From NCBI RefSeq assembly GCF_036588685.1, contig NC_086379.1:21576001-21640000 (forward strand): a stretch of DNA of 64,000 nt, written 5' to 3'. Source of the stretch: Mytilus trossulus (Eukaryota). The notes under the pieces are model-generated. The model made no database searches. It was not told the DNA's origin and was given only the letters and a program-made list of their open reading frames with translations. The position numbers were made by a program, and so were the translations under genes. Positions 37,601 through 50,500 of the stretch are shown here, piece by piece; position 1 is the first letter of the stretch; each line of letters starts with the position of its first letter.

Positions 37601-40600
37601 CCATTGGAAGAACCACTATCAACGTATATTCGTAAATATACGTTGATAGTGGTTCTTCCAATGGATAGAAACAAGTGCCTGTGGTTATATGAATGATGTA
37701 TAATTTTCTGACAGTCTGTCCTATGCTAAATTTAGACATTGGGGTTTTCCATCTGATTTTCGTTGATGTAAGCGGTTAGGAGGATTTCGTTATAAAATTG
37801 TTGCAAAGTGCGTGTTTAATATGTCTAATATCACCAGTTTAATGACTAATAAAATAAAAACGGAGCTTCTTTGTCTACTGAGATTTTTTCTGTAATAGAA
37901 AAGCCGACATTGACACAGCCTATGCCCCTTAGATCATCATAACAACATGACAGTAATATGTTTTTGAAGTGAGATGGTTATCTAGATCTTGTAAAAAGGC
38001 TGATGAAATTTGCGTTTAAAACATGTATACACACTTACTTGTCTTGATGTGGATGAATTCTGATGAAGGATATCAGGACTTGCTGCCAGGAATTCATCCG
38101 TACTTCCATCATCCTCGCTTTGACAGTCTTCGTGCTCGCTGTCTTGTATCAAATCTCTTAAATGACGTGCTTCTCTCTGTCGAACACGACTCCTTTGAAT
38201 AACAGCAAGAGGTGTTTCGTCTAAAGTTTCATCATCAGAAATATCGTTATAAGACATGTTTGATACTAGATTTACAGTGATGACAATATTCGTGTTTGAA
38301 TAGGCGCCGAAATCGCAAGAACCGTGTCTGCGGCTGTGTAAAAGAGATAAGGATGGCATGCCAAGATGCTGATTGGCTAAGTGTTAAAGACATTTCCATA
38401 TACAGATTGGAAAATAACCAAAACTTCAACCGCATGGGAATGAAACTTCAGCGCCATTATTGAACCTGAGAGTTTTATCAGCTTAGATTTGTTTTGATAA
38501 ATGGTGTAAGTACAAAATGCATATCATTTAAAAAACAGAAGAAAAAAAACATGGATATTGTGGTATATATGTGCCCTTCTCCAAAAGGTTCAATAGCCTG
38601 CTGCTGCAGCACCAGCACCACTGGGTGTTTCATGAAGAAACTCAGTTAGAGAAATTCTCATTGACACTTACAAAAACCTGCATGGTTTTAAAATACATGA
38701 TCCATTGTACATGTATGTATCTTGTTTTTATCTGAGGGGGAGGACAGGGGTCCATTCGCCCTTATTCACGTTCGCCATACTACGTTTTTGCCCTGATACC
38801 TGTTCGCCCAGGGTCCATTCGCCCATATTTTTATTATTTTCTGTTTGTTGTCCAGTCGCATAATTTTAAGTATTTGAACAAAATATACTAAAGTTTGTTA
38901 ACAAATTGACAGAGTATTTATATTGCCGCAATAATTTTTATCATTTTCTCTTTGATTTACAGAGTAGAATTGGTAACCATATACAATGTATTTCTCTTTA
39001 TTGATATTTGTTAACAAAATGATTGTATTCAGCTGTCAATCATGAATGTATGCAGTATAACTGAGAATAGCACTGTCTCCGAGTATAATAATGAACTTGT
39101 AAATCCGTTTCATGATTAACAGTTCGTACATCATTGTGAATATATACCATAAAAATATCTGAATAAGTTTATCAACTTCAATGCCCTGAATATCAATATT
39201 TTTTAGTAGGGCGAACGAACTCAGGGCGAACGTACCCAGGGCGAACATGTTATTAGGGCGAACGATCCCGATACCCTCCCACCCCTGTTCTCCTTTCTCC
39301 TACCCCTCTTCTCCTTATTTTTTTTTTAATTTACCGAAAAAAAAGAGAGATATTTTATTTTTTCATATTTTATTTTTTCTCCAACTTTTTCTCCTTTCTC
39401 CCAGCCTTCCTCTCCTTTCTCCTACCCCCTTTCTCCTTTCTCCTACCCTCTTTCTCCCTGTCTCCCTTACCCCTGTCCTCCCCCTCTTATCTTATACCAA
39501 AAAATTAAAAATAGAAATTGAAAAATATAACTTTAATGTTGTACATGTACATTTACATATATATGCATTTCTGACAGCCATTTGTGTAAAAAAAAAGAAA
39601 GTAATATGAAATTAAAAAATATAACTTTAATCCTAAACAATATATTGTTTTAAACCAGGCATATGCACCAGAAAGTCATCATCAGCAATAAATGTTTTTT
39701 ATATATAGAGGGGGATACATGTATGACCTTTATCTGGACTCCAGAATCAGGTGTTTTTTTTGAAAATTTTTTAGTCATACATTGGTATCACTTTGTAGTC
39801 TTCTTCGTCCGAATACTTTTGGTTTTCACACTGTTACTTTAGTATAAATCAATAGAAATCTATGAAATTTAAACGCAAGATTTATGACCACTAAAGGAAG
39901 GTTGGGATTGATTTTTAGATTTTGGTTTCAACAGTTAAGGAATTAGGGGCCAAAAAAGGGCCCAAATAAGCATTGTTCTTGGTTTTCGCACAATAACTTT
40001 AGTATACATGTAAGTAAATAGAAATCAATGAACATAAGGTCTATGACCACAAAAGGAAGGTTGGGATTGATTTTGGGAGTTGAAGTCCCTACAGTTTAGG
40101 AATTTGGGGCCAAAAAGGGTCCAAATAAGCATTTCTCTTGGTTTTCACACCATAACATTAGTATAGGTAAATAGAAATCTATTATAATATATAGATAGAG
40201 ATAAACTTTAAACAGCAAGAATGTACAGTTAATTATAAGTAGACCTAAAAAAAAGTCAACATGACCAAAATGGTCAATTGACCCACTAAGGAGTTATTGT
40301 CCTTTATAGTCAATTTTTAACAGTTTTCTTAAAATTTGTAAATTTTTACTAACATTTTCCATTAAACTACTGGGCAAAATTCATTATAGATAGAGATAAT
40401 TGTAAGTAGCAAGAATGTTCAGTACAAACACATCACCATCACCAAAACACAATTTTGTCATGAATCCATCTGCGTTTAATTTTCACATAGACCAAGGTGA
40501 GCGACACAGGCTCTTTAGAACCTTTAGTTATTTATACCTGTATTAACCTGTATCATACGTAGTTACCTGTAATATTGACTTAAATGAAAGGTTTTATTGT

Positions 40601-43600
40601 TGACTCAAATGAAATATATAGTTTGTGGCGCAAATGAAAGATTTTTCAGCGCAAATGAAATGCCTATTGGTGCAAAAGCTAAGCACTGAACTGATTCAAC
40701 CTTTCTGCTAGGATTTGGACAAACCAATTTAGTTTTTTTCAAGTGTGGCCTAGTTCCAATGCTAACTTGTACATTTTGTACCAATATAAAAAAAGAGGAT
40801 GTGGTATGATTGCAATAAAGACAAGTCTATCAACAAGATACAGTAATTAACAACTATAGGTCACCATACCACCTTCAGCAATGAGCAATTAATTTGAGAT
40901 AATTGAAGAAAAAATTATCACTATTAAAGAAATGTATATTTCCAGATTTCAAAAGGTCACCAAATTGACAGGTGATCCACAAATTCTTTCAGAGTCTAGT
41001 TTGGTGACCTTTTTTTTTATATAAAAATTAAATATCTTTATTTCAGAATGCTTTATGGAGAGATTATAGTGATAAAGAGAAGTGGTGTAGATGGAGCACA
41101 TTTTCTTTTAACTGTTAAAGACTGTTTGTTAGGAAGGTAATTATAATTAAAATACTTATATACAATGTAAAAGAAAATGATTATCTGTGGAAATTAACAT
41201 TAAAAGGGGAGTTAACTCTGCAAAAATGACTCTTTTTTGTCAGTTTTTGGTTGATTTTCTTTAAATTTGTGTATGATACTTTGATGGGGTTATAAGTTTG
41301 TGTATGATTATATTATATAATTTTCTTCTCATGAAATGTACAAAATTATATTCTGGGTTATGGATATTTAATATATACTAAAAATTAAATCTTAAAAATC
41401 TTCTGTTGCTATAACGATGAGGTTAGGGTCAAATTTATGCTAGATTAATAGATTGACTGGACAATAATGCATTCTGGATAGTATCCAAGCTGATCTGTGT
41501 CCACACTTGTTTTTAATGTAAATAAAGGGCTACAATGTAGTTGTAGATGAGATTGTTCTGAAATCATAAGAACTAGTTAGTTTCCCCGCTCGCTGTTAAG
41601 GATTATCATTAAGAATGTAGCTTAAGTTTGACCCAAAAGTCAAACCATTATCATGATTATAGTATAAACCATATGTAGATTTGTGCTGGGTTTTTTTTCA
41701 GGGGCAAAGATTGTGATATTATAATTAAGCTTCCAAATGTTTCTGCAGAACATTGTAGAATTCATGTATCAGACAATAAACAGGTAAATTGTATTTATAA
41801 ACAGGTGAATTGTATTTTAAAGATCTTTGTTCACTTAAACTAGTACCAAACCATGAAAAAAACAGTACTGATGATCATGCTGATATATCCAGTGGTGGAT
41901 CCAGGGGAGGGAGGGGTTTGGGGGTTGGACTCCCCCTTTTTTTTGCTGATCAATGCATTTCATCCCCCCCCTTTTTTTAAATGTCAGGATTCGCTCCTGT
42001 ATATTTGGTTAAAAAAAGTTGTTTATGTTTTCTTACCCTGATGTTTATGACCATAGTTATTGTATCAAACACTATCATTAAATTAAAGTGTAGATTATCT
42101 TCCTATTATGTCCTTATTTTTTTTATGCCACACCTGTTAAATTATGGATGATAAATAAAAAATGGGAAATGATAGGAGGAGTAGGACATCTTTGTACTGA
42201 GGAAACATTTTCTTTTTCATGCCAAAGTTTATTCAATTGTATATACAACAAAGTTTAATTTGATTGGTAAAATTAACAACTATAAGATAAGATAATTTTA
42301 TTAACCAATCAAGGTGCCCAAAATTTGAGCTATACAATCAAATGAATGAATTACAAAATAAAGCACAGAAAATGATTAAAGTACATAACATTTAGACAAA
42401 AAAAAACACACATAAAAACACATTTACACTTATTAACCTGATATAAACCAAGTTATTGACAACACATAGTTGTTATGGGTGCCACTGTGATCTGGAGAAA
42501 TTACATAATTCTTTATAGTACTAGGTCAATGGGAGACAACTCCTGATCAATTTTATTCGTTATATATATCTACATTTTTCTTCTATTTTTTTTTAGAACA
42601 ACAATATTGTCTATACTTTTCTTTTGTTCTTCAGAAAGAGAGTGCAATAAATTAGATAAGTTTGAAGTAACAAACAAATCTTCAGATGAAAGAATCTAAA
42701 CAAATTTCTATAAGTCACTAAACAATATGTCTAATTATAAATCATTCTTTTGTCCAAAAATGTTTTATTTTGAAAAAAAACCCGACTGTATGAAAGACAT
42801 GAAATATGTACTGTTCATTTCTTTTGTAGGTTTTTTTGACAAACTTGAGTATAGATAATCCCGTCGTGGTCAACTCTTCATATTTTGACAAACCAGTAAA
42901 ATTGAATCATGGAGATGTATTCACCATCATAGACCGATCTTTTCGCTTTGATGAAACAGAGGAATCAATGCAGAGCAAGTTAAGAAATCCAGATAAAGAT
43001 TTGAATTTGAACAGACCATTAATCAGGATAGATGATGCATCAAAGGTAATTTGTATTTTTAGTTCCATACTGACAAAGTTGAAGTAGACTCTAGGTTTGC
43101 ACTCTGTCCGTTTGTTGATCTGTTCATTTGCATGTCTGGCAAATCATTTTTCTTCACTTTTTCTTCTTGCTTGAAGATATTGATTTGATTTTATCATGGC
43201 AAGTTACAGATCAAGTTCAAGATTTGTGTCAGTCTAATGATTTTGTGCAGAGTTATGGTCCTTGGAAAATTTACCTAAATAATCAGTGTTCCATACTTTT
43301 TAGTCCACTACTGATGAAATTGAAGGGGACTTTAGGTTTGCACTCTGTCTGTTAATCCATTCTTCAGGGCGGCAAATCAGTTTTCCATTTTTAGCTCACC
43401 TGGCATGAAGGGCCAAGTGAGCTTTTCTCAACACTTGGCGTCAGTCGTTGTGGTCGTTAACTTTTTACATTTTTAACCTCTTCTAGAGAACCACTGTAGG
43501 GAATGACACCAAACATGGCACAAATGTTCCTTATGAGGTGCTAACCAAGTGTTGTTACTTTGTAGCCAATCCATCATCCAAGATGGCCACCAGCGGGGGA

Positions 43601-46600
43601 CTTAGTTTAAAATAGGACTCTATGGGAAATGCATACAAATGACTTCTTTTAAAGAAACACTGAATGGAATGAAACCAAATATGGCATGAATGTTCCTTAT
43701 GAGGTGCTGACCAAGTGTTGTTACTTTGTAGCTGATCCATTATCCAAGATGGCCTCCAGCGTAGGACTTAGTTTAACATAGGACCCTAAGGAAAATATAT
43801 ACAAATGTCTTCTTTTAGAAAACCACTGAATGGAATGAAACCAAACATGGCATGAATTTTCCTTATGAGGTGCTGACCAAGTGTTGTTACTCTGTAGCGG
43901 ATCCATCATCCAAGATGGCTGTCAGTGGGGGACTTTTGAATGAAATCAAACCTAGCCTGAATAGATATAGGAAGATGTGGTGTGAGTGCCAATGAGACAA
44001 CTCTCCATCCAAATAACAATTTAAAAATTAAACCATTATAGGTTAAAGTACGGCCTTCAACACGGAGCGCCTTCAACACGGAGCCTTGGCTCACACCGAA
44101 CAACAAGCTATAAAGGGCCCCAAAATTACTAGTGTAAAACCATTCAAACGGGAAAACCAACGGTCTAATCTGTATAAAGAATGTTCCTTTCCTTATAAGG
44201 TTGTGTTGTTACTTATAGCCAAATTTTATATTTATTTATATGATTTCAAAAACCCAAGTAGAATCAGGTGAGCGATACAGGCTCTTTGGAGCCTCTAGTT
44301 TTCTTTGTTCTTGAAGATATTGATTTGATATTTGGTATATAGTTTTATCATGACAAGTTCATATAAATCATGGAAGAAATTTGTTTCAGTCTTATTATTT
44401 TGTTATGGTCCATATCTAATATTAGAGTTCTATATATGTTAAACCATATTTCTGTACAAAGGGAGATACATGTAACTCATTTTTAATAGACATTCCTTGG
44501 TAAATTGTTTGAAATTTCTTTGCTTTTTCAAACTAATTTTCTGAATGCTATATATATAATTTTTCTTTATGATGCAAAATCCTTTGATTAGATGATAATC
44601 TATTTTCATTATGTTATATATCTTAATACATTACATTGTGTAGATAAAAGTTGTTGACAGTTTATAGATAGATATTTAACAAATTTTAATTAGTTTGTGA
44701 CACATAAAAGATAAAATATTTGGAATTATTAATTATATTTGATTATAATCTAAAAATAGATATATATATTGTATTACATCGTATCTTTTGTCTTGTTAGT
44801 TTTTTCAAATTTCTTTCATTATGCTTGAAAATATTGATTGATAATATTTATACGTACAAACACATTAATGCTACTTATACTTCCTTTTAGTCTTTGAAAA
44901 GTAAAAGTCAAAAGAAGTCAAAAGAAGAAGTGAAGTCTAGAAGCAAAAGACGTCGTATGCTGAAGAAACAAAAGTAAGAATCATAATTTAACATGTTTAT
45001 ACTTGCTTCCTCAAAAATAATTGTTATATTGTGGCTTATGAAATATTACTTTATTGAATTAATATTGAATCTGATTCCTAATACTTATGAATAAAAACAA
45101 AAATAAACTTTCACACTATCCTGAATACAATATAGTTGTTCATGATCATCTATCACTGTCTGGAAAAAAATCATTGGAAATGCAAGACATAGGGAATTTG
45201 CAACTCAGTTACTATTAGCATCAAGCTTTATATTGAAGAAGATGTTGCATGAGTGCCAATGAGACAACTCTCCACCCAAGTCACAATTTATAAAAATTAA
45301 CCATTTATATATAGGCCAAAGAACAGTCAAGATTCACCACTAAGCTTTGACTAACACTGATCAGTTAGCTAAAAAGGTCCCCAAAATGTTCTAGTGTAAA
45401 TCCCATCTTGGAGAAACCAAGGGTCTTATCTATATAAAAACGAGAAAAACTAATGAACCACATCAACAAACTACAACTACTAAACATCAGATTTATGCCT
45501 TAGGACAGGTGCTAACAATAACAGGGGGTTTAAATCTTTACCCTTATCTGAAACAATAGTGTAACATCACAACATAGAAAGACACCTTATAAAATATCAA
45601 TTGAAATTGCTTAACTAAATCAAAAGACATATTAACACAAGAGAACATACACTGAACGAAGAAATTTGATCTATGATATAAAAAAAGATGTGGTATGATT
45701 GCCCCTGAGACAACTCTCAACAAGAGACCAAAATGACACAGAAATAAATAACAACTATGGGAAACCGTGCAGTCTCATGAATAACAAATCTGTATCACTT
45801 AAAAAAAAACGACAACCACTGAATTACATGATACAATGTAAACAATTAAATAAACCAATTTAGTAAGGCCGTTAGTTTCAGGTTAAGATGATCATGAATT
45901 TCAATCAACTTGAACTTTGTGACTTCAACTTGAAACTCAGTATTTATATTCACCGTGATATGATCTATCTTATTTGAATGAAACTACCAATAAGAAAGGG
46001 ATCAAGAAACTGCTGTAGGAGACTTGTTGTCTCAAGGATTTCAAGAAAAAAATGTTTCTGCCTAATTGGTCAGCTTGTTACATGTATTAAACAAACAACC
46101 CAAACTGATTCTGACATGCCCAAAAATTCAGTTATTGTTACTACATGTATTATAAAGATGCCGTTTTTATTCTTTTTACTGTAGAGTTGTAAAGGCAAAT
46201 GTTAACCATTCACTTTTATTTCAGATATTGGAAACGAAGAGAAAAAGAATGGGAAAATGACAATATAGATGAAGTAGTTGAAAATGAGAATAGACAAATA
46301 GGAGAAACAAAAGGAAAAAATAGTGTAGATAGCTTTTATGTGGACATGTTTAAAGATCCACTATTTTCGAAAATGGTCACATACCAAAAGGCTAAGAGAT
46401 TATCCTTAGCTTTGAAAGAAAACGGACAGAAAAATAATGATATTTTAGAATAGATTTGGATTTATATATAGTTTTATATAGCAAATGTTTAAAATTTGTT
46501 CATTTTATATATATTAGCTCATAATCAAAATCTGCATTTAATAGTCAAGTGGATTATGAATAGGAATTATTCAATTTCATGTTTAAACAACAAATTTTAT

Positions 46601-47536
46601 GTAAATTTTGAGATAACATTTCTGTCCTTATCTTTGGTTCAAAAGATATGAATAAGATTTTAGAGAGCATGCACATTGACTACTAGTGAAGCAGCTACTT
46701 GTATTCAAGAAAGCTTGCACATTGGTTTATTATACAGTGAAGCAGCTACTAGAATACTTAATTCATAATTTTGAATCAGAGCTTTATTACATTTTTCATG
46801 GCAGAAAAAGCAAAGCGTCCAAGAAAATCTTGCCCTAAATGTTATACAGTTTTTTCAGACAGACATGCTCGTAGACATCTACTTGAATGTAATGTTCAGT
46901 TTTGTGAAAGTGAAGTATCTCAATCTGATAATGAAAATATACCCCTGTCAAGTGTGGGAAATAACACATCAAATTATCAAAATAATATCAGTGATGATGA
47001 AAATGAAATAAATTATGATTGTATGAATAAATTCAGAAATTTATCAAATATATCCCGTAATAATTTAGAAGATGAGGATATTGAAAGCTACTTTGATAGA
47101 TGTGAAGATAATCTGACTGATTCATATAGTTCTGATAATTACTCAGATGTAGAGTTTGATATTGAATGTCATGAAAGTATTGGTGTAGATCAAGAACATA
47201 ATTCAGAGTCAGATATATCTCAAATTACTTACTGGTTTTGTAAACTTTTATTATTATGGCAATGTATTTATTATATATCAGATGCAGCTATTTGTTTTCT
47301 TTTGAACATTTTAGCTACATTTTTTAAATTGTTGTCAGTGAATTCAGATGTTTGTTCTAAAGTACAAAATGTTTTTCCCAAAAACATGTACCAGTTGTCT
47401 AAACTTTTGAAAAGTGATATGTTAGATTTTAAACAATATGTTGTTTGTACCAACTGCTATTCATTGTATGAATTCGAAGATTGTTATACGACCGCAAATT
47501 TTGAAAAAATTTTCGTCGTATATTGCTATCACGTTG

Positions 47537-47568
<32 letters not shown>

Positions 47569-50500
47569 CGAATACTTTTAGTTTTCACACTCTAACTTTA
47601 GTAAAAGTGAATAGAAATCTATGAAATTTTAACACAAGGTTTATGACCATAAAAGGAAGGCTGGTATTGATTTTGGGAGTTTTGGTCCCAACATTTTAGG
47701 AATTAGGGGCCAAAAAGGGCCCAAATAAGCATTTTCTTGGTTTTCGCACTATAACTTTAGTTTAAGTTAATAGAAATCTATGAAAATTTGACACAAGGTT
47801 TATAACCACAAAATAAAGGTTGGGATTGATTTTGGGAGTTTCGGTCCCAACAGTTTAGGAATTAGGGGCCAAAAAGGGACCCAAATAAGCATTTTTCTTG
47901 GTTTTCGCACCATAGCGTTAGTATAAGTAAATAGAAATCTATGAAATTTAAACACAAGGTTTATGACAATAAAAGGAAGGTTGGTATTGATTTTGGAAGT
48001 TTTGGTCCCAACAGTTAAGGAAAGAGGGGCCCCAAAGGGTCCAAAATTAAACTTTGTTTGATTTCATCAAAATTGAATAATTGGGGTTCTTTAATATGCC
48101 GAATCTAACTGTGTATGTAGATTCTTAATTTTTGGTCCCGTTTTCAAATTGGTCTACATTAAGGTCCAAAGGGTCCAAAATTAAACTTAGTTTGATTTTA
48201 ACAAAAATTGAAACCTTGGGGTTCTTTGATATGCTGAATCTAAAAATGTACTTAGATTTTTGATTATTGGCCCAGTTTTCAAGTTGGCCCAAATCGGGGT
48301 CCAAAATTAAACATTGTTTGATTTCATCAAAAATTGAATAATTGGGGTTCTTTGATATGCCAAATCTAACTGTGTATGTAGATTCTTAATTTTTGGTCCA
48401 GTTTTAAAATTGGTCTGAATTAAAGTGCAAAGGGTCCAAAATTAAACTAAGTTTGATTTTAACAAAAATTAAATTCTTGGGCCTCTTTGATATGCTGAAT
48501 CTAAACATGTACTTAGATTTTTGATTATGGGCCCAGTTTTCAAGTTGGTCCAAATCAGGATCTAAAATTATTATATTAAGTATTGTGCAATAGCAAGTCT
48601 TTTCAATTGCACAGTATTGTGCAATGGCAAGAAATATCTAATTTCACAATATTGTGAAATAGCAAATTTTATTTTCAATTAAGAGTTATCTTTCTTTGTC
48701 CAGTATAGTAAGCAAGAAATATCTGCAAGAATTTTTTTTAATTGGAGTTATCTTTCTTTGTCCAGAATCAACTTAAATCTTTGTTATATACAATATACAA
48801 TGTATATTCACTTTTTACTACCAACTGATAAATTTAAATAATCTTTACCATTCAGTGATAACAAGCAGTTTTTTTACATCATGTATTTAAATGAGTAGTA
48901 ATTGTTGCAAACTCCATTATAATATTTTAATTGAAATTAGTTTTGGAATAAGGGAAAGGGGGATGTGAATAAAAAATTGGGTTAAATTTTTCTCATTTGA
49001 AATTTCATAAATAGAAAGAAAATTTCTTCAAACATTTTTTTGAGAGGATTAATATTCAACAGCAAAGTGAATTGCTCTAAGAGAAAACAAAAATTTTAAG
49101 TTCATTTGAATACATTCATTCTGTGTCAGAAACCTATGCTGTGTCAACTATTTAATCACAATCCAAATTTAGAGCGGAATCCAGCTTGAATGTTGTGTCC
49201 ATACTTGCCCCAACCGTTCAGGGTTCAACCTCTGCGGTCGTATAAAGCTACGCCCTGCGGAGCATCTGGTTATCATATTGTTGAAGGTTCAAAAGTCTCT
49301 AAAAAGTGCTCTTTTATAGAGTTTCCTAATCATAGACTTCCTTATTTGAGAAAAAGATGTAATCAGCCTCTTTTAATGGAAATTAAAAGTGAACCTTCAA
49401 AAATATTAGCCCCTTTCAAAATATACTGTTACAAATCTATTGAGTCCAGCTTAAGTTATTTTGTTAAAAGACAACATTTTGAAGACTTATGTGAACAATG
49501 GCGATTGAGAGAAACAAGGGAAGATATTATGTATGACATTTATGATGGAAAATTATGGGATGATTTTAATGGGAAAAAATATATTTTTTTTACAAAAGAG
49601 GATAATTATGGTTGCATTTTAAATGTTGATTGGTTTCAACCATACAAACATACTCATTGTTCTATAGGTGTCATGTACATAGCATTTTTTAACCTTCCAC
49701 GAGATCAAAGATTTAGAAGAGAAAATGTTTTACTAGTTGGTGTTATTCCGGATATGAAAACAGAGCCTAAGACAAACACCTTTGTTACTCCTCTTGTTCA
49801 AGAACTAAAGAAGTCTTGGTCAGAAGGTTTTCAAATGTTTTCAAATAAGTCACCTTTGATATTGAAATGCTTTAAACTTGCACTCATATGTGTTGGATGT
49901 GACATTCCTGCTAGTAGAAAGTTGTGTGGTTTCCTTGGACATGCAGCAACCTCAGGTTGCAACAAGTGTAAAAAGAAATTCCCAGGAACAGTAGGTGAAA
50001 AAAATTATGGTGGTTTTGATAGATTAGAATGGCTGTCCAGAGACAACGAAAGTCATCGTCAAGAATGTGGTTTGATACACAATTCTACTAGCAAGGGAGA
50101 CAAAGAGAACCTTGAACGTCAGTTTGGTACAAGATATTCGGCATTGCTTGACCTTGACTACTTTGATCCAGTAAGAATGACAGCAATTGATCCAATGCAT
50201 AACTTATTTTTAGGAACAGCAAAACACATGCTTTCTGTATGGAAGACAAAGAAATTATTATGTGATGATGACTTTAAAAAAATTCAGACAAAACTGGATC
50301 CGTTTGAATGTCCTTCAGATGTAGGGAGACTACCCAAGAAATTTGCTTCATCCTATGGGTCATTTAATGCAGATCAGTACAAAAATTGGACCCTATTGTT
50401 TTCTATATATGCTTTAACTGATTTATTGCCAAAGGAACACCTTGATTGCTGGAGAAAGTTTGTGTTAGCATGTAGAAGATTGTGTTCAATGTATATTAGT

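Noticed and set aside
39247-39609. 120-aa Leu/Pro/Phe-rich ORF
   Set aside because: Low-complexity CT-rich MITE interior.
41048-46453. Calling this the true host MKI67 orthologue
   Set aside because: It is only ~232 aa, lacks the PP1-binding and repeat regions, and lies within transposon TIRs.
47485-47595. Poly-Val hydrophobic tail of ORF 46771-47595, and the first 27 aa of ORF 49190
   Set aside because: Both derive from the inserted HINE, not from the transposase.
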